A DNA stretch of 64,000 bases from Setoptus koraiensis (Eukaryota; Animalia; Arthropoda). Location of the stretch: positions 10,168,001 through 10,232,000 of the forward strand of contig CM106586.1 of the NCBI GenBank assembly GCA_048013815.1. The letters are read 5' to 3'. Shown here one piece after another: positions 34,778 through 48,171 of the stretch. Below the pieces are notes generated by a model that saw only the letters and a list, made by a program, of their open reading frames with translations, had not been told where the DNA came from and made no database searches. The translations under genes and the position numbers were made by a program. Every line of letters starts with the position of its first letter. The stretch's first letter is position 1.

Positions 34778-37115
34778 TGATGATATCCCCCCAACTCTCT
34801 GACGGCCATTTTATCAAATGTTTTCCCTCTCATTTATAACATTTTTCTAATATGTATCCCGTGCAGCCCCCTGGTTGCAAGTGCGGCGGTGCCGATGCTG
34901 CTTCGATCGGTCGACAGCAGAGGCGCCCCGGCCAAATGAAAATGGTTTTACATGGGCCAAGAACGTTTGTGTGGGCGCCCCGCGCCTGGTCGGCAACTAT
35001 ATAAAGTGAGAGCAACTATGCGAAGAGAGGGGCCCAGCTCCAAGATTATCACAGTTAACTGGTGCTCCATCACACAGACACACACACAAGAGCAAAAGGA
35101 CAAGCCAATGGTAAATACGCCGTGTCCGGCGCTGGTTAGCATCGTCAGACGTGTAGCGTTGGCCGCATAGCGACATAGCGGTGGCCGGAGCAAACTCTTT
35201 GATTATCCAGTGATTTGGTGAAACAGCGTGTACAACTTGTGTGAATGAGAGCTGATCGTTCGTTGATCGGCCGAATGAATGATTGGCGTGAATGGCACAG
35301 GCAAGATAGGCAATTTAGCCTGTATATATAGTGCTGACATGAATTATGTAACTTCATACATAATGCACACATACGCCACAGCAGTTTTGATTGAGTGGGC
35401 CCCAGTAGGTGCCTGGCAAGCGAGCGCTGGCTTGCTGTAACAACGCATTGGCACTGGCACTAGCACTAGCGTGGCGTGTGTGCAACGGGTCCAGTGAATG
35501 CGCCCCAACAGATTCAATCGTCTGGCCAGAGCTGGCCCGCGTAGCTGTAGCAGCTATTGTCACTGGCTGTATCGCTGGCCACGCTCACGGACTCTGTACT
35601 GTGCTGCGCTGGCCGTGCCGATGGTCACGGGCCTCAATTATGGGGCCCGCCGTGGGTAGTGGGCTCGCAGCTCAGCGTGGCCAGTGGCTGCGATTACACC
35701 TATGGATACACGTTTCGCGATGCGCTATTTGCCGTCCGTGGACAGTGGGCCGGCTGCTGGCTGGCTGGCTGGCGGCTTCTGGCGGCTGCTGGTAACGATA
35801 GTTAGTACAGCTGGCCACTAGTGACGTTGAATAATACCTAAGCGCCCAAATTACTGCTAAATAAACGCACGCGCACGTTTATACGCCGGATATCCTAAAT
35901 TAATAGAGAGATAGGCGACCAGCGGCCTGTGAAGTGTCAGTTGCAGAGGTAATTAGTCGGTTGCATTAGTGCGGGGGGCCAGGGGTAAGGGCATGGCGTA
36001 AGGGCCAGGCCGAAAGATAGGAGACGGGCGCCAAGGCCAAGCCAGATTGTTGTTTGTCGTGTCGGGTTAATAGAGTTTGCTAACAACGGCACTCTGCTGG
36101 TTGCGCTGGCGCGGGCACGCGCGTTTGTTTGTTGGGCCCCATTGCGAGCCACGCAGAGATATAAATAAGTAGTTTTCGAGAGCCAGATAAATGGGCAAAG
36201 TGTGTGTGTGTGTGTGTTTGTGTGTAGCGCCGGATTGCAGAGCGCGCACCACGAACACAAATAAGGGTATTAGGGGTTATTGGACGACTGGGCGATATTT
36301 GCATAGTGGCGGGGGAGAAAGTTGGGCCCCGAAATCAATTATACAATTGCTACTATCTTCTATCTCACTATGTGCCCGCTATCTATGCTAATGTGGCTGG
36401 CACGCATGCAGAAATAAGAGCACCAACATGGTCCAGGGGCCAAATCGGCTAGCGACAGATTAGCTCGCGAGCGGGCGCATAGGTGTGCTGGCTGGCTGGC
36501 TGACTGGCGTGCAATAAGTAGCTGGCAGATAGCAGTTACGCCGGGCCCCACAATCAGACCAACTGAAACCAAAAGTCGGCTCCAGCGAGCACGACCTAAC
36601 GCTCGGTGGTTAGTGGGCGAGCAGCGGTGCAGTGTGTTGTGTAATTGAAATGAAAAACAACCACAACTGTTCTAGTGAGCCCACTTTATGAGAGAGAAAC
36701 ACAGAGACAGCGCAACAACAACGGGCGCGACATTATCAGCGGCTCAAACTTGAGGATACCACTATCGGTTGTTATAATAATAACGGCGATAATCGTGGTA
36801 GGCAATGATGGTGATTGTAGCAATAATGGTGATAATAATAGTAGTAATAATGCCAGATAATAATGCCGCCCAGAAGTAATAACAACTGGTGGTGTGTGTT
36901 TGTGTATAAGCATTACATTGGTTGGTGATAGAGAGATTTGTTTGTGTGTCGCCAGACGACGACAACAGCACCGCCAGCACCAACAAACAACGCACCCAGA
37001 GATACTGGCCACACCGAAACACCGGCGCTGCGGGCCCCAGTTCGGCCGCTGCTACTGCTGCCAACAACCAGTGAAAAGCTCCGGCAAGCCCGACGCTGGT
37101 TGCGGTGAGCCTGGT

Positions 37116-37175
37116 GCCGCTGATGGTGCCGCTGATGGAGCCGCTGATGGAGCCGCTGCTGGGGCCGCTGCTGGT
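37116..37175. repeat. 12-bp tandem repeat x5 (GCCGCTGMTGGN)
   Basis: Read directly. Confidence 0.9.
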
Positions 37176-40100
37176 TGGACTGGTAAAGTGGCGCGCCTTT
37201 TAATGGCTCGATCAGGCAGCAGATTTGCCCGGTTGGGGCTTAATAGCGATAATATAATCAAGAAGCGTGCACGAGATGAGTTCATTGCACAATAAACACA
37301 AACAACATTGGAGACATTCAGGCTAAGAGTGGCTGGTTTATTATTATGATAATTTACTATTATGATTCATCTCGTTCCGCCGTGGCCACATCTGAATGCG
37401 TAATGCCCGCGCGTTGCCGGCTTGCCAATTTCACTAAATGTGTTATAGGTGATTATGGTGATAATCTTCTTCTTCTTTTTTTCATTTCATTTTATTTCGC
37501 TTTTGATTTAGATTTGGCCAGTGAAACGTGGCCCGGCCAACAGTCGTCCTTTCATTTTTTGAACATGCCGGTTATTTTGTTCCACAGACCCGGTAGACCT
37601 TCCAAATCCCATTGATCTGCGGCAAATATTCCAAACAATATACCCACTACGAGTACGACCAGTACGAGTAGCGTAATGGCGCAAGCATTTAGGTCCGACA
37701 TGCTCTCTCTCTCTCTCCCTGTTCAGTTGGCTGAAACTGAAATTCACAATTCGATGTCAATTTTTTTTCTACTTGCGGCCTTCTTCACGGCCTATTTATC
37801 ATTGATGATATTATCAATCGATGAGCCAATCGAGTGGCACGAGGAGAACGTCTGACGCTGCTCAATCTAGGTGATTAACTGCTCCAAAAGTGCTCGGTAT
37901 TGCAACTGAATCCCTTAGCCAAAACAATACACGCCAGTCTAAAGCCCAAGTGAATTGTCAATACACAGAGCTTGCATTATGTTGTTTCGCAGCCTACTAG
38001 TCGGAATATAAATTTATATATATCGTATATGTATAGTATATAGTATATGTATAGTGTGTGTGTGTGAATTCTTGTGAAACTACTCGGTAAGATTACTCTT
38101 TGTGCACGCATGATTGCTCGCGCCTCAATTCATGACGCATATAATAATAATAATAAAAATCAATTACATTGTATATGGTGGCCAAGTGAGGCAATCTTGT
38201 TCTGGCTAACTCTACGCAATAGCGTTTAGCCTAGAGGCTACAGTTTAGGCATACACAATATCAAATATTGCTGATGTACAATTCACACAAACATCAATGT
38301 TGATTCGCCAGGTTCAATTGAATCGCCTGATCTATATACACTGTATCTGTCTCAAATACACACATCTCGCGGATCTCGTGCACTATGCACACAGTCCACC
38401 AGAGAGTGGGTCTCATCGGAACGAATGCTGGTTGTTGATGCATTTGCATTTATCCCAAGTAGATCCCAAGATAAAATAAAATAAAATAAAAAATCATGCA
38501 TACATGAACATGCACATGCTGCCGTATTAACTTTACTTAACGTTACTTACGTAATGCGCTCGTACCGACAAGCTATGAATATTGCTCACGTGCTCCATCT
38601 CTTATGCACACTCTCTTGTGTGCTTGTCGCCTTTACGTTTGGCTTTTTTTTTTTCATTAATCCTGAACAAGATTTATGAATATCGCGAGCTCGACAGTTA
38701 TTTCTAGTCAAGTCAACTTTATTGCACTGCTAGACAAATGCTCCCTATGTCACGCTGACTGCAATAAGTGCATAAGTAAGTGAACTAACAAGGTAAGTAT
38801 AAGGTGAGGCACAAGTTGAGCAAATCATTCCATTTTAAATACACTCAGGTAGGTGCATTCTCGTTACATAACTGGGCCGCGCGTCGCGTCGTCTTGACTC
38901 AACTTGACCACTTTAATAACGTTGCTCAACGTTGTTGCTGCTGCTGCTCTTCTGCCCTCTCTACCTGTACATGATCTAAACCTACTTCCGGGTCCTATAT
39001 TGACCAGGCACACGAACAACAACTGCTGCTTGGCACGACACGCCACCAAATTGAGTGGCTTTCATTTTTGCAACACAATTACGTCACAGCTGGTTTACTT
39101 TTTGTCCGGCGCTAACAATTGTCTCGGTTGTTGTTGTTTTTTTCTTTGTGAGTCATACGCCATTAACAACAACCGTTATATAGACCAAGTCGCAGCATAG
39201 ATTATGTTGCCTAGCGACGACTTGTCTAGAGTGAGATATCAATATTTGCTCTGCCAAACACATCCTGCCTGGGTCTGTTTTATTTTCCATTGGTTCTATT
39301 GGCGACGACGAAATGAAGGATGGCACAAATCGAGTTACACGACTTTTCACACCGAGCCGCGAGCAACCCGAGCGCGTCTCTCACAAACACGTGCAAGCAA
39401 TGCGCACGTGTAATTGCCCGATTGCGAAGCTCTGGGTCTTGGCTATATTTCTATCAACATCTGTCCGATGTTGATAGAAATAATACAATGAGAGCCGGGA
39501 CGTTATTATTTGTTTCTATTGGCCATTAGGCAACTAATGCCGTGTTGACAATTTAAAAAATAAAAATGATGAGCGCCCATTGCTTGTGACACATTCCACC
39601 TGCCAACAGATGCATTTCTTTCATTTAGAGGGCGCCACCGTGCGATGGGGGCAACAATCACCTAGCCGCATTTGCTTGGCCTCACGCCTGTGCAGCCTTT
39701 CACAGTGCATCAAATTAGGAACACTGTGCTGCACAAACTTGAATGTTGCCCACTCGCGAAATGTATTACTGTGCTCAAGTGTGTAACTAATTAAGCTCGA
39801 GCACAAGTGCAAGTCGGGTGCTATTGTCAAGCTTGCGTGGGCACATCTCGTACACACTTGACTTGTCTGCGCACAGTTCACGCGCTCACATTGTATTTAG
39901 TTACTGATATTGGCTAGATGGAGCTGTTGTATGCGCAAAATCTCTTGCTGCAAGCTACAGTGGCGTCTCCTATAGGCGCCATTCGCAACTAGCTCGCACA
40001 AGTTTACTACTGGTGACTCACTGAGGATGTTTTTCCTTCTCAACTTTCGAAGCCACCCAATTAAAAACAACAACAACTCTTGTTGTTGTCGTTGTTGTTG

Positions 40101-43100
40101 TCTTACTTGTCTTGAAACGATCGGGAATTGACTGCCACGGGATGTCCTCTAGAGTGGGATATGAACCACTTATCCGCCGCTTTTGTCGATCATCTCCCGT
40201 GCCGAGGAAGGGTAAAAGTATTGATTTAATGTGCCTGACTTGTTGTTTATTTGCTAAGTGACTGCTGATACATTATATAATCACGAAGCTTCGAAGATTT
40301 ATGTTAAAGTCACAGTTGCTACGGCATGAGTAGGTGCCATAACTAGACCCAACGTATCGTCAGTTTCGCTGTGCTATGAGCCCTCGAGTGCCACGAAATT
40401 ATACATTTGTATCCTTCGAGGCTCGTATGAAACCATCTAAATTCAGATAACAAACGTTGGCGTTAAAAACAACAACAACTTTGTATCTCACGACAGATCG
40501 ACTCTAGTAGAGTTTTTCGATTTTGCTTTCCAAAATGTTTGTCAGTATGCGTCCAAGTTGTCGTAAGACAAGGTTACTGCTTTACCTAGTGCGAATTAAG
40601 ACTTGGTAAACGATAGCTCGCTACAAGTCACACGCTGGGCTTGAATGAATCTAGTTGATTCGATGCCAAGTGGAACAACAAGACTTGTTATAACCATAAT
40701 TCAATTTCCTCATCAACATGTATCGCTGACTGATTGTTGCTGTTGTTGCTGCTGTTGCTCGGACAATTGTCAGTTTTGAAAAATATCTTGCGATTGGGCA
40801 CGCAACACAGCTTTTGCTGCTTTTATAGCAACAAGTCGTTGTGGTTGGTTGAGCGACTTCTGCATCTAATAATTGCATTTGTGTATATATCATATACATA
40901 TCTGGCATGTCGGTGTAAAGTTGTGTCTATGTCTGTCTACATGTCTGTCGACTCATTGTCGAGCCTCACAAGCGTGTGCCTCATGTGAATTCTTGCATCA
41001 TATTAAGTTGGTGCATGCCGTAGCATAATATCGAATAGCATAGGCAGGAATTGTTGCTTATTCCAAAGTCAAGTAACGATTGTACAATTTCAAATGTTTT
41101 ATCTTTCATTTTATGCAACAAACACAAACATGCTCACTCATACACGCCAACCAAGCTACAAAAAGTTGATTCTTTAGCGCGTTTTCAGTATAAAAATTGT
41201 GGCTGTTAAAAGAACAACATTATCACACTGTCACTGCACTTTTGTTTGGCTTGCTAACAATAAAATCGAAGCCAATTTATTTATGCAATGCCGGGTTAAC
41301 TCGTTTACGAAACAATTTACAATTCAATTAAATGCCGAATGTCGGTGAGCCGCCGATGGATTGTTGTTGTTGTTATTATTGAGTCATTTGGTGATAGTAC
41401 AAAATGGCATTGATTGATCACTGTATTGTTGCCTATTGCTGATAGGCGCCTGGAAAGAGATGAGCGCAATCAATTAGTCAATGAATAGCTCAAGTTATGA
41501 TAGCTTTCTTTCATGGTTATGGCATTTTCTTTCATCGATCGTGGATTGGAGCACTCTTACAAGAGCTATTCGCTAACACGGCTAATTAGAATGACACATA
41601 ACAACATTATCGTTGTCATTGTGAAATTGACAATTGTGTATGCACAAAGGAAGAGCAACCTCGATTTGTTCTATCTGTTAGCAACAAGCGCGCCAACAAT
41701 ATGCTTATATAACGTCATTACGATGGCGCTTTTCTTCGTAAAAAACTGCTGTTTTAATTAGAAACGATGAAATGGAGATAGACTGACAGAACAGACTGGT
41801 TGCAATGCTCTCAACTAATCTTTCATTGAACTCCATTCGGCCATGAAAATAACGATAACACGTTCGTACTTTGCTGAACTGAACGAGCCGAAGACGATAA
41901 CAAGCCAGAAATATTGAGGCAGCCCAACACCATGTGTCGCGCGCCAGTGACGTCAATCCCATACATTTATATGGATATAAATATATATATAAACTTAATA
42001 TATGCAAACTTCTAGACAGACAAGTAGAAAACCAATAGTTTATACTATGAGAAGGAAAAAACGTCCCTGCACGTTGAATGACTTGATTCAGCATCTCTCA
42101 ATAAACCAGAACCTCTTCTGTCGTGTGCCACTGCTTCACTACTAATGGCCCCTTCAAAATTCATTGCCCAACCAGTAAATGACAACAATAATATTAAATT
42201 ATATAATATCCAATAGTATGTATTATATAATGATCGGCATAGACGGTGCGAGTAGTTGCAAAATGCCATTCAAATTTCTTCACCTGAGGCAAAAATTTCA
42301 GAACTTAACACTTTTGAACCCGCCCAAAGAGAATTCTCTAAACTTTCGAAGTTATACGAGGAATGAGCCGAATCTGGCTATTACTCGTAAAGGTGTTCTC
42401 AATAAATATTAACAAAACTTGCTGATTCTCAAACAGACAACAAAGACTCTCATTGCCTCAAGATCAAACTAAACTATCTGGAATATTAAACGAAACTAAG
42501 CGTGATTCTCCAACAAAAATTCCTCTCATCATTGATGCGGCGGCGATTATTATAAAACATCATAATAACAACATATCATAAGGATCACTGCTAAGGCAAA
42601 CAGCGATACCAGTCAACTAAATAATAAAGGATACGGTAAGTAAACTGCATGTCTTATAATGTTCATATGAAGCTACTAAAATTGATAAGCATAAGAGCAA
42701 CGAGAGCAGCATTCAGGCATCGCGAAATGATAATATTAGCAATCACTCAAAAAGAAGCTAGAGAAATCATTTCAGAAGTCACCTGAAGCAGTCTTCTGTG
42801 GCATAGGTCGCCCTGATCTGAGCAAGGTTAGAGCCCTGTTGTTTGGAGTCAAGATGAGTTCAGTTGGCCTAACAATAGTGGCTGGTATAAGTTGATGACT
42901 TGAACTTAACAACTTGCACCTTATGCCTAGTTTTTGATAATATTTACACACAAGTTCGAGGTACAACATTCGGTATCATGAGTGAACTTTCAACCTTGCT
43001 GTTGCGATCACTTTAAGTGGCGCAATCGAAGTTGAGCAACTTTAAACTAACGGCATCAATAGCTTTCTTCGTATAAATCGTTCTTGCATCATTATTATTA

Positions 43101-44370
43101 GCATATTGATATTATATTATTAGGTCAGCAATTATCTCTCCTCTCACATGATAATGATGCAACATTAATTTCTAGTCAAAGGAATAGATAGTCACTGTCA
43201 CCAGTACAGTTACATTGCTGTATAACTAACTGAATTAGTTTCATGCGGCATCTATCAGATGATTGTTGTGTATGGTTGCGCCATTCAATTCTATGCGATT
43301 AACAGGTGTTGTAACCGTGACAACTTGATGATTTTAACCAACCGTAATTAATCAGCCTTGGCTGTGTCCGACAGCAACACTACCACCACTGCAAGCAATA
43401 GCAGCAGCTATCTCATCTCAGTAAGTAGGATGGTTGTTTTTTTTTCTGAAGAGAGTTACCACACTTACACGACCGTTTTTAATGTAATTTGTTGGACGTG
43501 ACTGAACGTGACCAATTAATCAACATCGTAGATAGATAACCTAGTTTGTTGTCCAAGTGGCCAAGTAGATGACTTATGTGTCTGATTGTACAGTGAAATT
43601 TCATCGCGAGAGAAAAAGAGGGAGAGAGAGCAGAGTGGGTAACATTGGTAGCCGAGATAGTGAAGGGCACCTTATTGTGGTAACATCATGAATAGAATTG
43701 TCATCATCATGAGCAACCAATCGTCAATCACGTACTGAAATGTACTAAATGTACCAGAGATCGGTGCAACAAACAAATACTTGAATATAAACATGCTGAT
43801 CTTATTTCAATTTACAGCTACCTTACGACAACAGCACCAAGATTGGCGAAAGGCTCTTCTCGCATTCACTACTGTAGATTTACTGAACGATTAGAACCTT
43901 CGACACTTGTCACCAACGACTTACAACTTGTTAGTCTTGCTACACAATGACAAACAGATTTCGCTGGTGTGATTGCCGGCCCAAACTAACTGTTAACTGT
44001 GCTGACAATTTAGACAGGCCCTTGGTTATTTGTCTTGTCAACAAGAGAGTCTGTTGCTGCCAGACGATCAGTTTGATAGATAAGAGCAATTAATGACATA
44101 TAATCCACTATTTATTTGTCTGGTTACTATTGATCGCGCTAGTATCGCTAAAATCATAACTGTGCGCGTATATCTTGCTAATTTACCGCTAACTTGCCAA
44201 ACACAACTAAACACATCATCGCTGTAGATTATTATCAACATACCTCTACAACTGGTTGATTGATGCAGTTAACTCTAATGTGAGTTGCAATTGGCGAGTC
44301 AAATACCGGCCTGGCAAATACCAATCTCATCGTCGTCGCCGTCGTCGTCATCGTCATCACAGTTGTTGCC

Positions 44371-44396
44371 CTCTCTCTCTCTCTCTCTCTCTCTCT
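44371..44396. repeat. (CT)n / GAGA tract
   Basis: Read directly; similar tracts occur near 10709-10731 and 37703-37718. Confidence 0.9.
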
Positions 44397-47300
44397 CATG
44401 CGGGATATTTACACAAAGAAACTCTAGCGGGATTGTGTTCGCCAGGCAGGGCATGATGAACTTGTCGAAGAATGATTATTACACAAGCCACATCACCTTG
44501 AACTTGACCCATCACTATCGTGGGTTAGAGCTGCTCGGTAAATAAGATGGTAGCTAGGCAGTTGATAATAATAGTAATAGTATAAGTTGATAGTAATAGT
44601 ATAATGTGGGAGTAATAATACAAGTTGATGATAATGATATTAGTTGATGATAATAATAACATCATTAATAATAAGGGACTGCCACCGCACGTAACATATG
44701 TTGTAATGCTTATGAAACACCGACAACAATGTATCTAACGATTCAACCGACAATGCACGTAATCTTGAGCACAGTTCAATGCTCGATGCACTTGATGATT
44801 GTTGTAAATTGTTGTGAATTGTTGATCATACAACAACTATTAGCGCTCAAATTGTGCCTCTCGTTTATTGCGCCCGCAACTTTCCCGTCTAGACGCTTCT
44901 TGTAGAAAATCATCGTTCGGCTGTCGTCGACATCTCCGATGCCTGTTTCTGTTACAGGTGTCTTGCAACATAATCTACGTGATGTGTGTGTGTATTCTCA
45001 CATCATCTATCATAATTGTTATTTTCCTATCAGGCAAGCCCGACTTTTCCATCGGCACATTCCGTTGCGAAAACTGACGTCTATTCTTCCTCTACGAAAG
45101 TCCTCGGAACGTCAGCACTGGCATACATAGATTGCACTTTTGATAGTAGCCTAATTTTGATTAGAGCATTTTTTACAGCTTTGAGCATTTGCGTCAAAAG
45201 CGACGCACTCACAACCGAGATCAGCGTTCGTGACCTCGCCACCATCCAACAATGACATCAACAAATTACAATATCAATAGAGCCATAGCCCCAACGTCAA
45301 CGACTTACAGCATACAGCCATGATAATCGATTACGTGCATCACAAATTTGATTATATCAGCGTTTGTTTATTGATCCGTCAAGACCGTTCAACAAACATT
45401 GATCCGGCAAGATGATTATGATGAGATGGCTAGCAGAGCTATTGCTTGTTTGTCCTTACAAACAAGCAAAAGAGAGATCACTCAACCCGGTGACGTTTCA
45501 ATAGTTTCGTTGTAGCGCGATCATTATACATTATTGGCGGCAGCAAGATGAGAAAATATTAACAAAAATGCAATTATATTTAATTGCAGCTAAATTAGAT
45601 AGGAAGTGAAGATGGATGGTTTGATGGTTGGGACAACAGGAGAAGCTACTGCTACAAAGAGTGCGGGGTTCCACTGTCCCGCGATGAATTTAAATTGCGC
45701 AAACAGTGTTGCCGAGAAGAGTGTTTGAGGGCGCTGTTTGTCCTCTGACAGGCCGGTGAGTCGATTCATTAGTGTGTGCAGAAGCGCTGCTTTGGCTGTC
45801 AAGACAACCACTTTTGGAGGCGCGCGTGTTCAAGTGAATGCGCACAAACCAGAATCAAACGTCATGCGAGCGCGTAGACACTAAACGAGACGCCAGCCGG
45901 CTTGGACAGTGCATTTGCGCAACGCTTTGAGCGCCTCTCACGGATTTTTGCGCCACCTTGTTCAGTCGCGGCAATAGGGCTAGTGGATGGTGCGATTAGC
46001 ATATAACAAACACCCCTTTCGCCTTGCACAAACTTGTACAGGTAGACACATCATGGTATGCAGTATCATGAGTCAGTGGTGGTAGTGACAGTGTTTTGTG
46101 GGACAGCGACAGAGAGACTAGCAACCTGGCTAGTGTGGGCTGTTTGGCGATGGGACGATGATGCTGCTGATGATGCTGAGAGAACTGGTATTATCGTCGT
46201 CTTATTTAATATCTCGACTCGAATCGACTAACTCTTTCGCTGGCTGATTGTGAGCAAATTAAGCCGATCGATTGATTGAGCGGTTTTGACAATTTTTGGT
46301 AGCACTAGCAGCACTATTGAGGTGGCTGGTTTGGCAACGCTTTGCGAAACTGGTTCCAACCAACATCGACTAATCATCCGATTGGAACAGCCGACTAACA
46401 ATGTTAACGACGATGTTGAAACAAAGCACACACGTTAACGACTTTGTAACACAAAGTGTGCATAGACGACAAAAAGTGCATGTTGCCGGATACATTTCGA
46501 CCTATACTTTGGCAGTGTCAGTGCACAAGCTAGATGTCGGCGATGATTACATAATAAATGAGATGCGTGGGATCGGGAGCCAGCGTATGTAGGGCCGATA
46601 GATGGAAATACATACGCAATTAGTATATACGTATATATTAGTATATGTGGCTGTGTCAATCCAATCCGTCTGCTGATTTGTGAGTGGCCGCTGATTTGTT
46701 GGTGTGCGCCATATCATATCGACATAACAAGCAACAGGTTGCCAGGCTCCAATGACAACAACAAATAGAATTCAGTATTTTGCTGGCAAGGCCAAATATA
46801 ACAAGTCAATGATTAATTGTTGCTTTAGCGACAAGTGCACACAATTGACAGATCTTTGTCTATTTGACATTGTTCTGAATCGCAACTTGTGATCTACTTT
46901 TGTACACTTGTTACAAGTAGCACCACAAGTGGCGCTCGCTTTTGCTGTTTGATTTGATGCCATAACCGCCTCAGTCGTAACAGACAACAAACAAACAAAT
47001 CAATCCATCTCTCCATCACAGAGGAAATTTGATTGATTTATAATTGCTATTTTACTTGTTCAATACACTTGCAGTATTAAACAAGTAATTCACACAGCAG
47101 CTGATACTGCACTCGAAATATACTCGCAATCACTGTTTGTTAGTAGTAGCAAGAAAATACCAGAGGGGACGCTATGAGCGCAGCTCGAAGTACAGCAGAG
47201 CCCAGCAGTGTCTCGTTAAATGTTTCTATTCTTACTTGTGTTGTACAATTGTTGTTTGGCGCGCCAACACAAGCATACACAAACCTGTGCAAACCGGCGC

Positions 47301-48171
47301 TAACTCACAGCTTGTCAGTCAACACAATCAGTAATCTCATGCACACACACACACACACGCACGCACAGAGAGATAGCAACTGGATTCGCGCACATAGACA
47401 GCGACAAGCTCCTCCAGGCGCAGTTCACTGGAACTACTCTCGAGTATGCTACTGCCACCAAAACTGGATACAGTGCAGTCACTTCGAGTCAAGTTGATAG
47501 ATGATGGATTTATATATAAATACCGACAGACACAAAACCAGATTACATCAACTGTAGTTGTAACGTAAATAACAGCAATAGAGTTGCTATATGACTTATC
47601 ATCATGAGATTAAGCCGCTAGATCTAGCCTTACCACAGTCACTTGTTTATAAAGCAAGAAATATCTTCATTCTCATCATCTTCCTTCAACGGAACTATAG
47701 CTCCTTCAAATCAGACACAACTTTACAGAGAATATAAACTCTGAACCTATCTGATTTTTGTTATATTTAAAGCACGCATTGTTTGAGTGTGGTGTCGGTA
47801 CAACAAAGTGTTCTAATGAGACCATTGCCATTAGCGCTAATTATATCTTAAATCAGCAACATCAGTTAAAAGCACGAAATTTATCATTTGAAATAGTCAA
47901 CAACCAAAATCCAAAAAGTATATAAAGACTTGTCATTTGTTCACAATCATTGATTCGACTTTGCGCGCTCACCACTACTATCCATCATAAACGACCACAG
48001 GTATCATCATCAATCTATCCAACATCAATGTGACAACAGTATACACAATTGAGATATTCCAACAATAAGACAAAAAGGAAAACTTTCCACCAAACAAAAC
48101 ATATCCATATTCAAAACATTAGTTGCTCCACATACAAACAACACACAGTATATTCGCAAACACACAGTACA

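Noticed and set aside
39620-39640. CTCF-like motif CATTTAGAGGGCGC
   Set aside because: Single partial match; not distinguishable from chance without a PWM scan.
41440-42100. Hydrophobic minus-strand stretches (RLLFLCAYTIVNFTMTTIMLLCVIL)
   Set aside because: Interrupted by stops and cannot be joined into a model; may be compositional.
22134-47500. Dozens of 60-160 aa ORFs rich in CVCV, HTHT, YIYI and SLSL
   Set aside because: They are translations of TG/CA/TA/CT microsatellites and GC-rich stop-poor DNA, overlap in several frames, and show no family motif.
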